NCBI GenBank assembly: GCA_019358935.1 | Contig: JAHHIK010000111.1 | Span: forward strand, 1-26,996 | Length of the DNA stretch: 26,996 nt | Direction of reading: 5' to 3' | DNA from: Tolypothrix carrinoi HA7290-LM1 | GTDB taxonomy: Bacteria > Cyanobacteriota > Cyanobacteriia > Cyanobacteriales > Nostocaceae | Shown: piece after piece, positions 18,592 to 26,996 of the stretch | Layout: every line of letters begins with the position of its first letter | Position numbering within the stretch: the first letter of the stretch is position 1 | Program-made: the position numbers and the translations under genes | The notes under the pieces: generated by a model | Database searches by the model: none | What the model saw: the letters and a program-made list of their open reading frames with translations, nothing else | Told to the model about the DNA's origin: nothing

Positions 18592-20515
18592 GCGCTTCCT
18601 GTCTTGCTGTCTTGATTTTTGATTGTGCGCTGCTAAGAATTTTCTTTGTATTTTGTAATTGCTTGTTATTATCTGCTAATTCCTGTCTTGCTGTATTGAT
18701 TTCTGATTGTCTGCTGCTAAGAATATTGTTTGTATTTTGTAATTGCTTCTTATTCTCTGCTAATTCCTCATTACTTCGCTTAACTTTCTGCTCTGCAAAC
18801 TTTTTTTGTGCCTGAAACTCTAGCATTCTTGCAAAGCTCGCTTGCTTGTCACCATTAGCTTTCCTTAGTTTATATTCTGCATTACGAGCTTTTTGATCTA
18901 ATTTTTGAACATCTTTCTCCTTGCGTTGGGCTAGTTGTGTTTGAGTGTTAGCTACTCGCGTAGCGCTTTCTGCTATTTTTTTTGCTTGTTGAGCTTCATT
19001 TTCTGCCTGCTGTTGTTCCCTTGTTGCGTTCGACACAGCTAACGAAGAAACGCCAAATACCGCCAATGCGATCGCACCTGCTAAAATTGCACTAATACGC
19101 CCACGACGAATCACCCGATTGGTTTGTTGTTGAACCTGTTGCAAATTTTGCTTTGCTTCTTGCAACTTAAGCTCTGCCTGTCGGCTTGCTGCTGCCAGAA
19201 TTTCATTCGCTTGTCTCTGGGTTGCCAACTCCTGCTCAACTTCTCGACGTTGTAAATCTTCGCTTGCTCGGAGAAATTCATAATCACGATCGCCTAATCG
19301 TTTCCCCACTGCCCAATTCTGAGCCGTTATAAGTGCCTCACCTCGCAATAACCAAGATTCATCACTTCTGCTTGACTTTAACCAGGCATTCATCTGTTCA
19401 GCATACGGACGAAGATTTGTTAGCGATTCATTCACCCAGTCTCGATCAAACACTATGGCATAGATGCGGTTGTAAACCCGCAACTGCCTATGCTGCTCGA
19501 CGACAAGTCCCGTTAACCGTAGCGCCATTTGCTCAAAACTGTCATCGGTAACGAGCACGCCTTGCTGCAAAATTTGTTGATAGAGTTCTAGTACTCGAAT
19601 CACGGTTTCTTCTCGCAGCAAAATGCGATCGCGAATGTACTTCAAATGCACTGATAAATCAGATTCAGGATTAGTTAGAAAATGCGATCGAACAAGGTAC
19701 TCAACCTGCTTGGCTTCATCTGCCAGTCGAATTTTTGATTCCGATTTTGCTAGTAAACTGCACAGCTTTTGAGTTAGAAAGGGTTGTCCACCAGTCCAAG
19801 ACAGTACTTCCCGCAACACGGCATGGGAATCATGGGCTTTGTCTTCTAGTCCCTTTGCTAAAGGTGAAACTTTATCCAGTTCAAATCCCGTCAATTGAAT
19901 GGGACGACCTATGTTGAAAGGTGTTCGATTTTTATCAGGTATCAGCTCATCAGGAGTAGCAACACCAATTAAGGCAAAGGTGAGGCGATTATAAATTGAA
20001 TTGGTTTTGCGTTTTTCGTAGCAACTGCGGATAAATGCAAAGAAATCGCTGGTGAGTAATTTTAGGCTGAGAATCCTATCGATTTCGTCAATAAAAATCA
20101 CAATCTTTTCGGGAACCGAGGGCAGCAAAACCGTCTCAATCATTTCTGCTAACCGCTGCGTAGGTGTGAGCATTTCTCGATCAGCCCACCAAGATTGTAG
20201 GAAAGTGAGGGGATCGCCAAGGCGAAAATCTTTGACCAAGGTGTAGGCAATCCCGTTGTACCACTGTTCCATCTGAAGTTGGGAACCCCCACGCCCCTGT
20301 AAGTCGATGGTTGTACAAGCAATCCCGTCTGCCTTGAGTCGTTCCATTGTACGAACAAGTAAACTGGTTTTACCCATTTGCCGCGAATTGAAGACGTAGC
20401 AAAATTCACCCACCTTCAATCCTTCGTAGAAATCTGTATCAGCTTGTCGCACCACGTAGCTTGGGGCATCTACGGGGAGACTGCCACCAACTTTATACTC
20501 GTAGCGTTTAGTCAT
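18578..20515 (-). pseudogene. AAA_35 (AAA-like, STAND-related) ATPase with TM helix and coiled coil; N-terminal part of the split gene
   Basis: YKVGGSL...YVVRQAD, Walker [11 protein letters not shown], Walker [28 protein letters not shown] and LLRGEAL. It ends where the WD40 frame begins, out of frame. Confidence 0.88.
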
Positions 20516-20552
20516 GGTTGTCTTGCCTTAATCAATAATCGATTGCGTACTC

Positions 20553-21035
20553 ACGGAAGTATATGTTGTTCCAATTGATCTCAATCAATCGCCTTTTAAT
20601 GTAGGTATCACAATCGAACTGCGTGAGTTTACGCATGAGCAGGTTCAAACATTAGCCGATCGCCATTATTTGTCTTGGACATCTGTAGAAGTTGATCAAT
20701 TAATGGCGATCGTTGGCGGTCATCCCTTTTTGTTACGTTTAGCTATGTATCGGATCGCCAATCGCGACATTACATTAGATGAACTCATGCAAACTGCCTT
20801 CACGCCTAAGAGTATTTACACAAATTACCTCCGCCGTCTAGGACAAATTTTAATGGAACAACCAGAACTTGCCGCTGCGATGAAAGAAGTTGTTGCTGTA
20901 GATGAACCAGTGTCTTTAATGTCAGACATCCAATATAAACTGGAAGCGATCGGGCTAGTTAAACTCACCAGTGAGGGCGTGATTTGTAGATGTGAACTTT
21001 ACCGACAATACTTCCGAAACTTTTGGGGAGCATAA
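20553..21035 (+). pseudogene. C-terminal fragment of a second AAA_35 protein
   Basis: TEVYVVPIDLNQSPFNVG...GGHPFLLRLA...CELYRQYF. No start codon or Walker motifs upstream. Confidence 0.85.
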
Positions 21036-21058
21036 CTGGAATCACTGTAGCAATCAAA

Positions 21059-21517
21059 TTATAAAGTCCAATTGTCCAAAACTAAATTGGGTACTTGACA
21101 AAAGTCCCGATTGTTCCGTGTTACCAGAATTCCATTTACAGAAAGTGCGTTAGCGTTCGCGCAGCGTCTCGAAGAGAAGCTTACCGAAGGTATCGCGGCA
21201 ATCCCTAAATCCTGCCGACCAACTTTAATCTTTTGATTGAGTAGATTCGTATATAATGCTTGTGCTTCAAAAGTGAATCTTAAAACATTGAAGCTTTTCA
21301 AACTATCAAACGTTACCTGTAGTTTCTCATAAGCCGAAACCAAATCATTAGCAGTAGCTCGTCGAATGACTTGAAATCTCCCACGAATTTGTTCTTCAAC
21401 AGTGATAATTGTAATCGCGATTTCGCTAGCATCAACACTGTTTAAATGACGAGCAATTTCTAAATTTCCTCTTTGAAACAGAGAAACGCTATCAGTATCG
21501 AGAATCCAGAGACTCAA
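21059..21517 (-). CDS. PIN-domain (VapC-like) toxin with a 14-aa in-frame insertion
   Basis: ILDTD, ITVEEQ, QDLGIAAI..ALS and LVTRNNRDF..VPNL.LDNW. Its start overlaps the upstream gene's stop (ATGA). Confidence 0.9.
   Translation of the reverse strand: MSLWILDTDSVSLFQRGNLEIARHLNSVDASEIAITIITVEEQIRGRFQVIRRATANDLVSAYEKLQVTFDSLKSFNVLRFTFEAQALYTNLLNQKIKVGRQDLGIAAIPSVSFSSRRCANANALSVNGILVTRNNRDFCQVPNLVLDNWTL
21150..21191. mobile_element. Nested pair of 21-nt small dispersed repeats inserted in a HIP1 site
   Basis: GCG|42 nt|ATCGC; removal restores GCGATCGC and the peptide IAAIALS. Confidence 0.85.
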
Positions 21518-21900
21518 CTTGCTTTTCTCTGCGTATCAGAATCTGCTGCATCCAATTCTTGACGATACTTTTGAATATACTGCTGAACTGCGTCAAAGTC
21601 TGGATCATCTTTGAATACCCCTGCAAATTTCATCCAAGGTCTTTGAGATTGCTCAGTTTGAGGTAATTTGATTTCCATCGGAATTACTTCAACTTTGTCC
21701 ATACGCTGAACCAAAAGCTGTTTTAGCATCAAGAGTGCCTGTTCGCGAGTTGCTGCTTCGACATGATACTGTGGAAGTTCCAAAACAGATGCGATCGCGC
21801 TACCATCTTCTCTAGTTTCCAGCAAAATATTGACTTTTAAATTTGCGGTCTGTAATTCTACTAAATTATTGATTTCCATAAAGTTTGGACTCTCACTCAT
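21514..21900 (-). CDS. Putative antitoxin (HicB-like N-terminus)
   Basis: ASVLELP...VEAATREQAL (HicB-like) and PWMKFAGVFKDDPDF; translationally coupled upstream of the PIN gene. Confidence 0.75.
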   Translation of the reverse strand: MSESPNFMEINNLVELQTANLKVNILLETREDGSAIASVLELPQYHVEAATREQALLMLKQLLVQRMDKVEVIPMEIKLPQTEQSQRPWMKFAGVFKDDPDFDAVQQYIQKYRQELDAADSDTQRKAS

Positions 21901-21999
21901 CTATATAGAATCATAGCTTTAGCCTTGCTGTTCTAGCTGTTGGTAACACGAACTATCTGCGTCAACCCTTAACAGATTTAAGCCATCATCACAAGATTG

Positions 22000-23541
22000 C
22001 TACTGCATTCTATCTATGGTGCGATACTGAATTGCTTCTGCCACATGATTTGCCTTCAGGTCATCATCTCCTGCCAAATCTGCAATTGTGCGTGCTACTT
22101 TGAGAATGCGATCGCTTGCTCTTGCCGATAAGCCTAATTTCTTAATTGCGCCTTCTAACAGATTGCGACTAACATCATCTAATTTACACCATTTTTGAAG
22201 ATGACCGCTCTGCATATGTGCATTACAACGCAGATTGAGTTCATCTTTAAATCGGCTTGCAGTTCTTGACCGCGCTTGTTGTACTCGTTGACGTACAATT
22301 GCCGATGATTCTCCTGTTGGTTGTTGAGTAATTTCCTCTGGTTTCAAGCGATTAACCGCAACTTGCAAATCAATTCTATCCATCAACGGACCCGAAAGCT
22401 TTGCCCAATATTGTTCTCTTTGTCGTGGCGAACAGGTACACTGTTGGACAGTATCGCCATAATAACCGCAAGGACAAGGATTAGTACTTGCTACCAATGT
22501 AAACTGTGCGGGAAACATTACCGATTGTTTCGTGCGTGATATAGTGACATAACCATCTTCTAAAGGTTGACGCAGAAATTCTAAGACATCACGTTTAAAT
22601 TCCGTTAATTCGTCGAGAAAAAGAATGCCTCTATGTGCTAAAGATATTTCTCCAGGACGGGGAAAACTACCACCACCAACTAACGAGGGACCAGAAGCTG
22701 AGTGGTGGGGACTGCGAAAAGGGCGATCGCGTACCAAACTCCCGCGATTTTTCAACAACCCAGCCACCGAATGAATCCGCGTCACCTCCAAAGCCTCAGC
22801 GAAAACTAAAGGTGGTAAAATCGTCGGTAAGCGTCTAGCTAACATCGTTTTACCACTACCAGGCGGTCCAACAAAAATTAAATTGTGTCCCCCGACTGCG
22901 GCAATTTCTAAGGCACGACGCGCATGTGCTTGTCCTTTAACATCCTTTAAATCATCACTGCTAAACGAATCTGAAGGCTTTGCAGGTGATATCTCTGGTG
23001 TACTATCAAACTGCACAGGTTTATGAGAACCTGGATTATTTAAAAAATTTGCCACATCAGATATATTATTAAAGCCATAAACCTTCAATCCTTCAACCAC
23101 AGCAGCTTCTTGTGCATTATCAGCCGGGACAACCAAACCTGCAATTCCCATCTTTTCAGCAGTCGCAGCGATAGGTAAAACACCCGCAACAGCACGTAAA
23201 TTTCCATCCAGCGAAACTTCACCTAAGAAAAGATAATCTCCCAACAACTCAGCGTTGACTTGTTCCGAAGCTGCCAAAATTCCCACACTAATAGGCAAAT
23301 CAAAACAGGGACCTTCTTTGCGTAAATCAGCAGGTGTCAGATTTATGACAATCTTTCGCATCGGAAAGGCAAAACCAGCATTTTTCAAAGTCGCTTTTAC
23401 TCTTTCTTTTGATTCTTGCACGGCAGCGTCGGGCAATCCTAACACGACAATTCCCGGCAAACCCCCCGATACATCGACTTCTACACCTACTTTAACGGCG
23501 TCGATGCCGACAATTGATGCACTCCAAACTCTAGCAAGCAT
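22000..23541 (-). CDS. comM: YifB/ComM family Mg-chelatase-like AAA+ ATPase
   Basis: LGLPDAAVQESKERV, NLTPADLRKEG, GPPGSGKTMLA, PHHSAS, GEISLAHRGILFLDE, NPCPCG and SGPLMDRID. Confidence 0.96.
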   Translation of the reverse strand: MLARVWSASIVGIDAVKVGVEVDVSGGLPGIVVLGLPDAAVQESKERVKATLKNAGFAFPMRKIVINLTPADLRKEGPCFDLPISVGILAASEQVNAELLGDYLFLGEVSLDGNLRAVAGVLPIAATAEKMGIAGLVVPADNAQEAAVVEGLKVYGFNNISDVANFLNNPGSHKPVQFDSTPEISPAKPSDSFSSDDLKDVKGQAHARRALEIAAVGGHNLIFVGPPGSGKTMLARRLPTILPPLVFAEALEVTRIHSVAGLLKNRGSLVRDRPFRSPHHSASGPSLVGGGSFPRPGEISLAHRGILFLDELTEFKRDVLEFLRQPLEDGYVTISRTKQSVMFPAQFTLVASTNPCPCGYYGDTVQQCTCSPRQREQYWAKLSGPLMDRIDLQVAVNRLKPEEITQQPTGESSAIVRQRVQQARSRTASRFKDELNLRCNAHMQSGHLQKWCKLDDVSRNLLEGAIKKLGLSARASDRILKVARTIADLAGDDDLKANHVAEAIQYRTIDRMQ

Positions 23542-23572
23542 ATATTCCCTAGAACGATTATTAAGTTATGTA

Positions 23573-24565
23573 TCAACCAGCGTTGAGGATGACTTCAATC
23601 CCATCCAGCATCTGTGCCAATTCCTGACGCTGTTGGTAAATCCAAACTTTCTCAGCTTCGCGGTATTCTGGTGTTTCTTGCTGATATCGCTCTTGTTGCT
23701 CTAGAAAGTCATTGTAAAATGCGATCGCATTTGCCATAGTTTCAGTCGCGAATTTAATTCTGTCATCAAAAATGGCTGTGATAAAGTTCTCAATTTCTAC
23801 GGAAACCGTGTCTTTAAACTTAACAACGTCATCCCAGTTGATATCACCCCAACCCTGCTCTACCAAAAATTTTAATCTTAAATGATATTCAGGTAAATGT
23901 TCTATGGGATTATTTAAGTTGTTTTCAATTTCAAGAGTTCTTAAGACTATCTGTTTATTTAACTTAGCTTTTTTCTGCTGGTCTAGCAAATTGACATAGT
24001 AATGGTATGATTTTAGATTAATATTTATAAGCTCTTGATAAATCAAAATTAATCCTTCTTTTAAAATTGCGGCTATTTTTTCATATAGCTTGTATAATTC
24101 AGACTTAATTTCATTAAAAAAACACTTTTTTTCATTCCAACCGACTCCTTTCTTCTGCTGACCTTTTGCATCAATAAACCATTTCGTTTTCAAGTACTCT
24201 ATTTGTTTATCCCAAGATTGTTTAGCTTGTTTGACTGCTTCATTTTTGCCTAGACTTCCTAGTAGCGTAATTTTAATGTAACGCCCACTAATCTCCCCAA
24301 GCTGTTCCCATATTTCATCTTTTGCTGCTGACGCAATCATTGGCTTGCTCTGCCAAATATTCTCAGCACGGTATAGATCATTAGAACAGACTAAAATTAA
24401 CTGCTTGAGTTTAGTAGCCGATTGTTTGAGTTCTTTAACACACGGTTTAACTGAGTTCGTCAGACTTGTAGCAGATTGCTTAATTTCTAAAGAATTATGC
24501 TCATCCTTCAAGAGTTGCTCAAAAGATTGGGTAATATTCTCAAATGTGTTGAAGTAGTTATTCAC
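23573..24565 (-). CDS. Hypothetical alpha-helical protein
   Basis: 330-aa ORF with a GTG start and helical/coiled-coil composition. No catalytic motif recognised. Confidence 0.7.
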   Translation of the reverse strand: MNNYFNTFENITQSFEQLLKDEHNSLEIKQSATSLTNSVKPCVKELKQSATKLKQLILVCSNDLYRAENIWQSKPMIASAAKDEIWEQLGEISGRYIKITLLGSLGKNEAVKQAKQSWDKQIEYLKTKWFIDAKGQQKKGVGWNEKKCFFNEIKSELYKLYEKIAAILKEGLILIYQELININLKSYHYYVNLLDQQKKAKLNKQIVLRTLEIENNLNNPIEHLPEYHLRLKFLVEQGWGDINWDDVVKFKDTVSVEIENFITAIFDDRIKFATETMANAIAFYNDFLEQQERYQQETPEYREAEKVWIYQQRQELAQMLDGIEVILNAG

Positions 24566-24591
24566 AATAATGTTTTCCTAGAATGGTGATC

Positions 24592-24759
24592 CAGGGCTAT
24601 TTCATTCTCATCTAGTCTGCCTCAGAATGAATTCTGAGTCTAATAGCGAAAGTCGTCTAAAGACGACTGAGAAAAAGTTATAGTCCGTTTAAACGGACTT
24701 TAGCTATTAGCCCGGAACTTCAGTTCTGGGCGATTTCTGTCTAGAACGAAATAGCCCTG
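24592..24759. mobile_element. 168-bp MITE with 17-bp TIRs and a 9-bp target-site duplication (IS4-like ends)
   Basis: CAGGGCTATTTCATTCT / AGAACGAAATAGCCCTG (1 mismatch), flanked by ATGGTGATC (24583-24591) and ATGGTAATC (24760-24768). Four internal hairpins. Confidence 0.85.
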
Positions 24760-24892
24760 ATGGTAATCTGATATAGTTGCTCGTAATTTAATATGCCCAG
24801 ATTTCACTGAAACTAACTACGTAAAAACACCGTTATCTTTGCCAATAGGACAAGCTAGGCTGTAAAAAATTATCTTCAAACGCTTTAAAAAT

Positions 24893-26194
24893 ATGCTGTT
24901 TCAGTTTGCTCCGGCAATCCAAGCGTTAATTAACTCTGGTAACTATGAGATTGTTCGTGATAAAGTTACAGGGCAATTATTGGGCATAGTTAGAGACAAA
25001 GCAACAGGTAAATTTGTGGCTCACGCAGTTGGTCTTGCAACCAAAGTAGGTTCTCCTGTTAATCCTTTATTTGCCCCTGCACAGTTAGTTATGGGTGGCT
25101 TGCAGATGGCTCAAACTCACATGGGCTTTCAAAAAACCTACACAATGCTTAACGCTCTCCAGAACAGTGTAGGAATTTTACAAGCAACTACAGCGGTGAT
25201 AGGTGTTGGAACTGTAGCAGGTTTAGCCTTATCAGCCGTAAACCTGCACCAGACCTTGAAACTGAGGGAAGACGTCAAGCAACTGCGCTTGGAAGTTAAA
25301 GACGGCTTTATTGATATGAAACAAGCCTTAAAAGACCAAGGAGCAGAAATCCTAAAACACATTGACCAGGTTGCCCAGGATATTGAGTTTAAGCATCATC
25401 GCACGATTCTAACTCAGGCTTATGGACACTTTATCGAGGCAGTTAACTGGCTGCGAAGTACATTAAAGTTACCAGATGCAACTGACAGAAATGCGGCTCT
25501 TGTCGGTGTAGAAGGAATGTTACGTAAAGCTATAGCAGATTATAACAATCCGCAAATATATAAAGATACCTGTGCTGCCGGAAGACTGCGTAGATTAGAG
25601 TGCGCTTGGGCAATTGACCAGACAATTACCTTGACATATGAACTGCGCGGTGCATTTGAAGTAGTGAGCGATCGCCTTTCCTATCTCCAAGATAAAATCC
25701 GTCAAGATAGCCTTACTTTAATTGATCTGTGTAAAACAGATGATGAGCTTGATTTTGTCTTTCCTGAGATTGTGCGGATTTACGAGCATGATTTAGTTGT
25801 ACTAAACTCGTGGCAAAATGATGTAAATTGGAAGCGTTCACGAAGTGACTCCAAAGGAGTATCGCTGCCTCCATCAGAAATAAAACTGCTCCAAAGTGCT
25901 GATTTTGATACTTCAGAAGTTACTGTTGGCAGTTGTGCCGCTCACGCAACTGCCGATTCAATACCCCCAGAACTATTACTTTATGAGAATTTGAAGAAAA
26001 AATCTCATTCAGCATCCCTGCGAGATCAGCTAAAATTTATGTTAAAGCCTGATTTACGTCAAGGATATGAATCCTACATTAGTCAGCAAGCAACAGCGTC
26101 TGGATATAAAGCTTTAGCCCCCTCAAACTGGCAAGAAATACCAGATTTTACTGTTGCCAACCTCTACTGGTACTTCAAAGATAAAAGTGCTTGA
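24893..26194 (+). CDS. Hypothetical protein with a Gly/Ala-rich hydrophobic segment and coiled coil
   Basis: 433-aa ORF; ILQATTAVIGVGTVAGLALSAVNL is followed by a heptad-like region. Confidence 0.8.
   Translation: MLFQFAPAIQALINSGNYEIVRDKVTGQLLGIVRDKATGKFVAHAVGLATKVGSPVNPLFAPAQLVMGGLQMAQTHMGFQKTYTMLNALQNSVGILQATTAVIGVGTVAGLALSAVNLHQTLKLREDVKQLRLEVKDGFIDMKQALKDQGAEILKHIDQVAQDIEFKHHRTILTQAYGHFIEAVNWLRSTLKLPDATDRNAALVGVEGMLRKAIADYNNPQIYKDTCAAGRLRRLECAWAIDQTITLTYELRGAFEVVSDRLSYLQDKIRQDSLTLIDLCKTDDELDFVFPEIVRIYEHDLVVLNSWQNDVNWKRSRSDSKGVSLPPSEIKLLQSADFDTSEVTVGSCAAHATADSIPPELLLYENLKKKSHSASLRDQLKFMLKPDLRQGYESYISQQATASGYKALAPSNWQEIPDFTVANLYWYFKDKSA
25837..25860. mobile_element. 24-nt double-hairpin small repeat inserted in a HIP1 site
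   Basis: GCG|TTCACGAAGTGACTCCAAAGGAGT|ATCGC; in frame, adding 8 codons. Confidence 0.85.
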
Positions 26195-26211
26195 GAGCGA
26201 TAATACGAATT

Positions 26212-26253
26212 CTCCGCGTTTCTCTGCGCTTACCTCCGCGTGCCTTTGCGTTT
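26212..26253. repeat. Degenerate CT(C/T)(C/T)GCG tandem repeats
   Basis: CTCCGCG, CTCTGCG, CTCCGCG and CTTTGCG at 10-12 nt spacing downstream of the 433-aa ORF. Confidence 0.6.
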
Positions 26254-26353
26254 AAATCTTAACCCTCAATTCCCCATAATTTTACGCAAAGCTTTACTAA
26301 GCGAAAATCTGTAACACAAAACATGACAGAATCTGTAGCAGATGAGCAGGTAA

Positions 26354-26710
<357 letters not shown>

Positions 26711-26797
26711 TGCAGCTATAGAGGCGCAATTCACCGCGTCTCTAGCTTATATAAGAAAAACAGATAATTCATATAATAGATACTTAAGTAAAAAATG

Positions 26798-26826
26798 TTT
26801 ACAAATCTCAACTATTCCTTTAATCT
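26798..26826 (+). promoter_or_regulatory. Probable psbA promoter
   Basis: TTTACA-N17-TAATCT about 60 nt upstream of the psbA ATG; matches the usual cyanobacterial psbA promoter layout. Confidence 0.7.
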
Positions 26827-26885
26827 AATAAACAGGTAGGCAATCTCACCTACTCAATATCAAAAAACAAAGCAATCATAAACTC

Positions 26886-26996
26886 ATGACCACAACTTTA
26901 CAAAGACGCGAGAGCGCCAGCGTATGGGAACGGTTCTGCAACTGGATCACCAGCACCGAAAACCGTTTATACATCGGCTGGTTCGGGGTATTGATG
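26886..26996 (+). CDS. psbA: Photosystem II D1 protein, 5' part (runs off the window)
   Basis: [37 protein letters not shown]. Confidence 0.99.
   Translation, partial: MTTTLQRRESASVWERFCNWITSTENRLYIGWFGVLM

Larger units (their letters stand above)
15945..22143. mobile_element. Genomic island at the 3' end of yifB/comM, with no integrase visible
   Basis: Flanked by 142-bp direct repeats 6055 bp apart. Cargo is accessory in type (TA pair, AAA_35/WD40/TPR gene, hypothetical protein). Confidence 0.75.

Noticed and set aside
15945..22143. Heterocyst-type excision element (nifD/fdxN-like) or DGR template/variable repeat pair
   Set aside because: comM is not interrupted, no recombinase or reverse transcriptase is present, and the mismatches are synonymous rather than adenine-specific.

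Overview
Chromosomal window from a cyanobacterium, probably a filamentous Nostocales strain: there are many HIP1 GCGATCGC octamers, heptamer tandem repeats, and psbA copies at both ends. Core genes are psbA (3' end), a SAM methyltransferase, hemH, a YpfJ-like peptidase, purB, DUF421, YihY, a PEP-CTERM protein, an SDR oxidoreductase, yifB/comM, a HIT protein and a second psbA (5' end). Two accessory regions lie among them. (1) At 2494-9135, a minus-strand sulfation/tailoring cluster (PhyH dioxygenase, APS kinase, sulfotransferase, MFS exporter, class II aldolase, TauE, D-2-hydroxyacid dehydrogenase) is decaying through nonsense mutations, a frameshift, deletions and a 204-bp repeat element inserted in the cysC P-loop. 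(2) A ~6-kb island with no visible integrase is bounded by a 142-bp duplication of the yifB/comM 3' end whose differences are all synonymous; it carries a split AAA_35-WD40-TPR gene, an inverted AAA_35 fragment and a PIN toxin-antitoxin pair. Several miniature mobile elements are present: MITE-like elements with terminal inverted repeats, and 21-24 nt hairpin units inserted in frame into HIP1 sites, one of them nested. All family assignments come from motif recognition by eye, without database searches.
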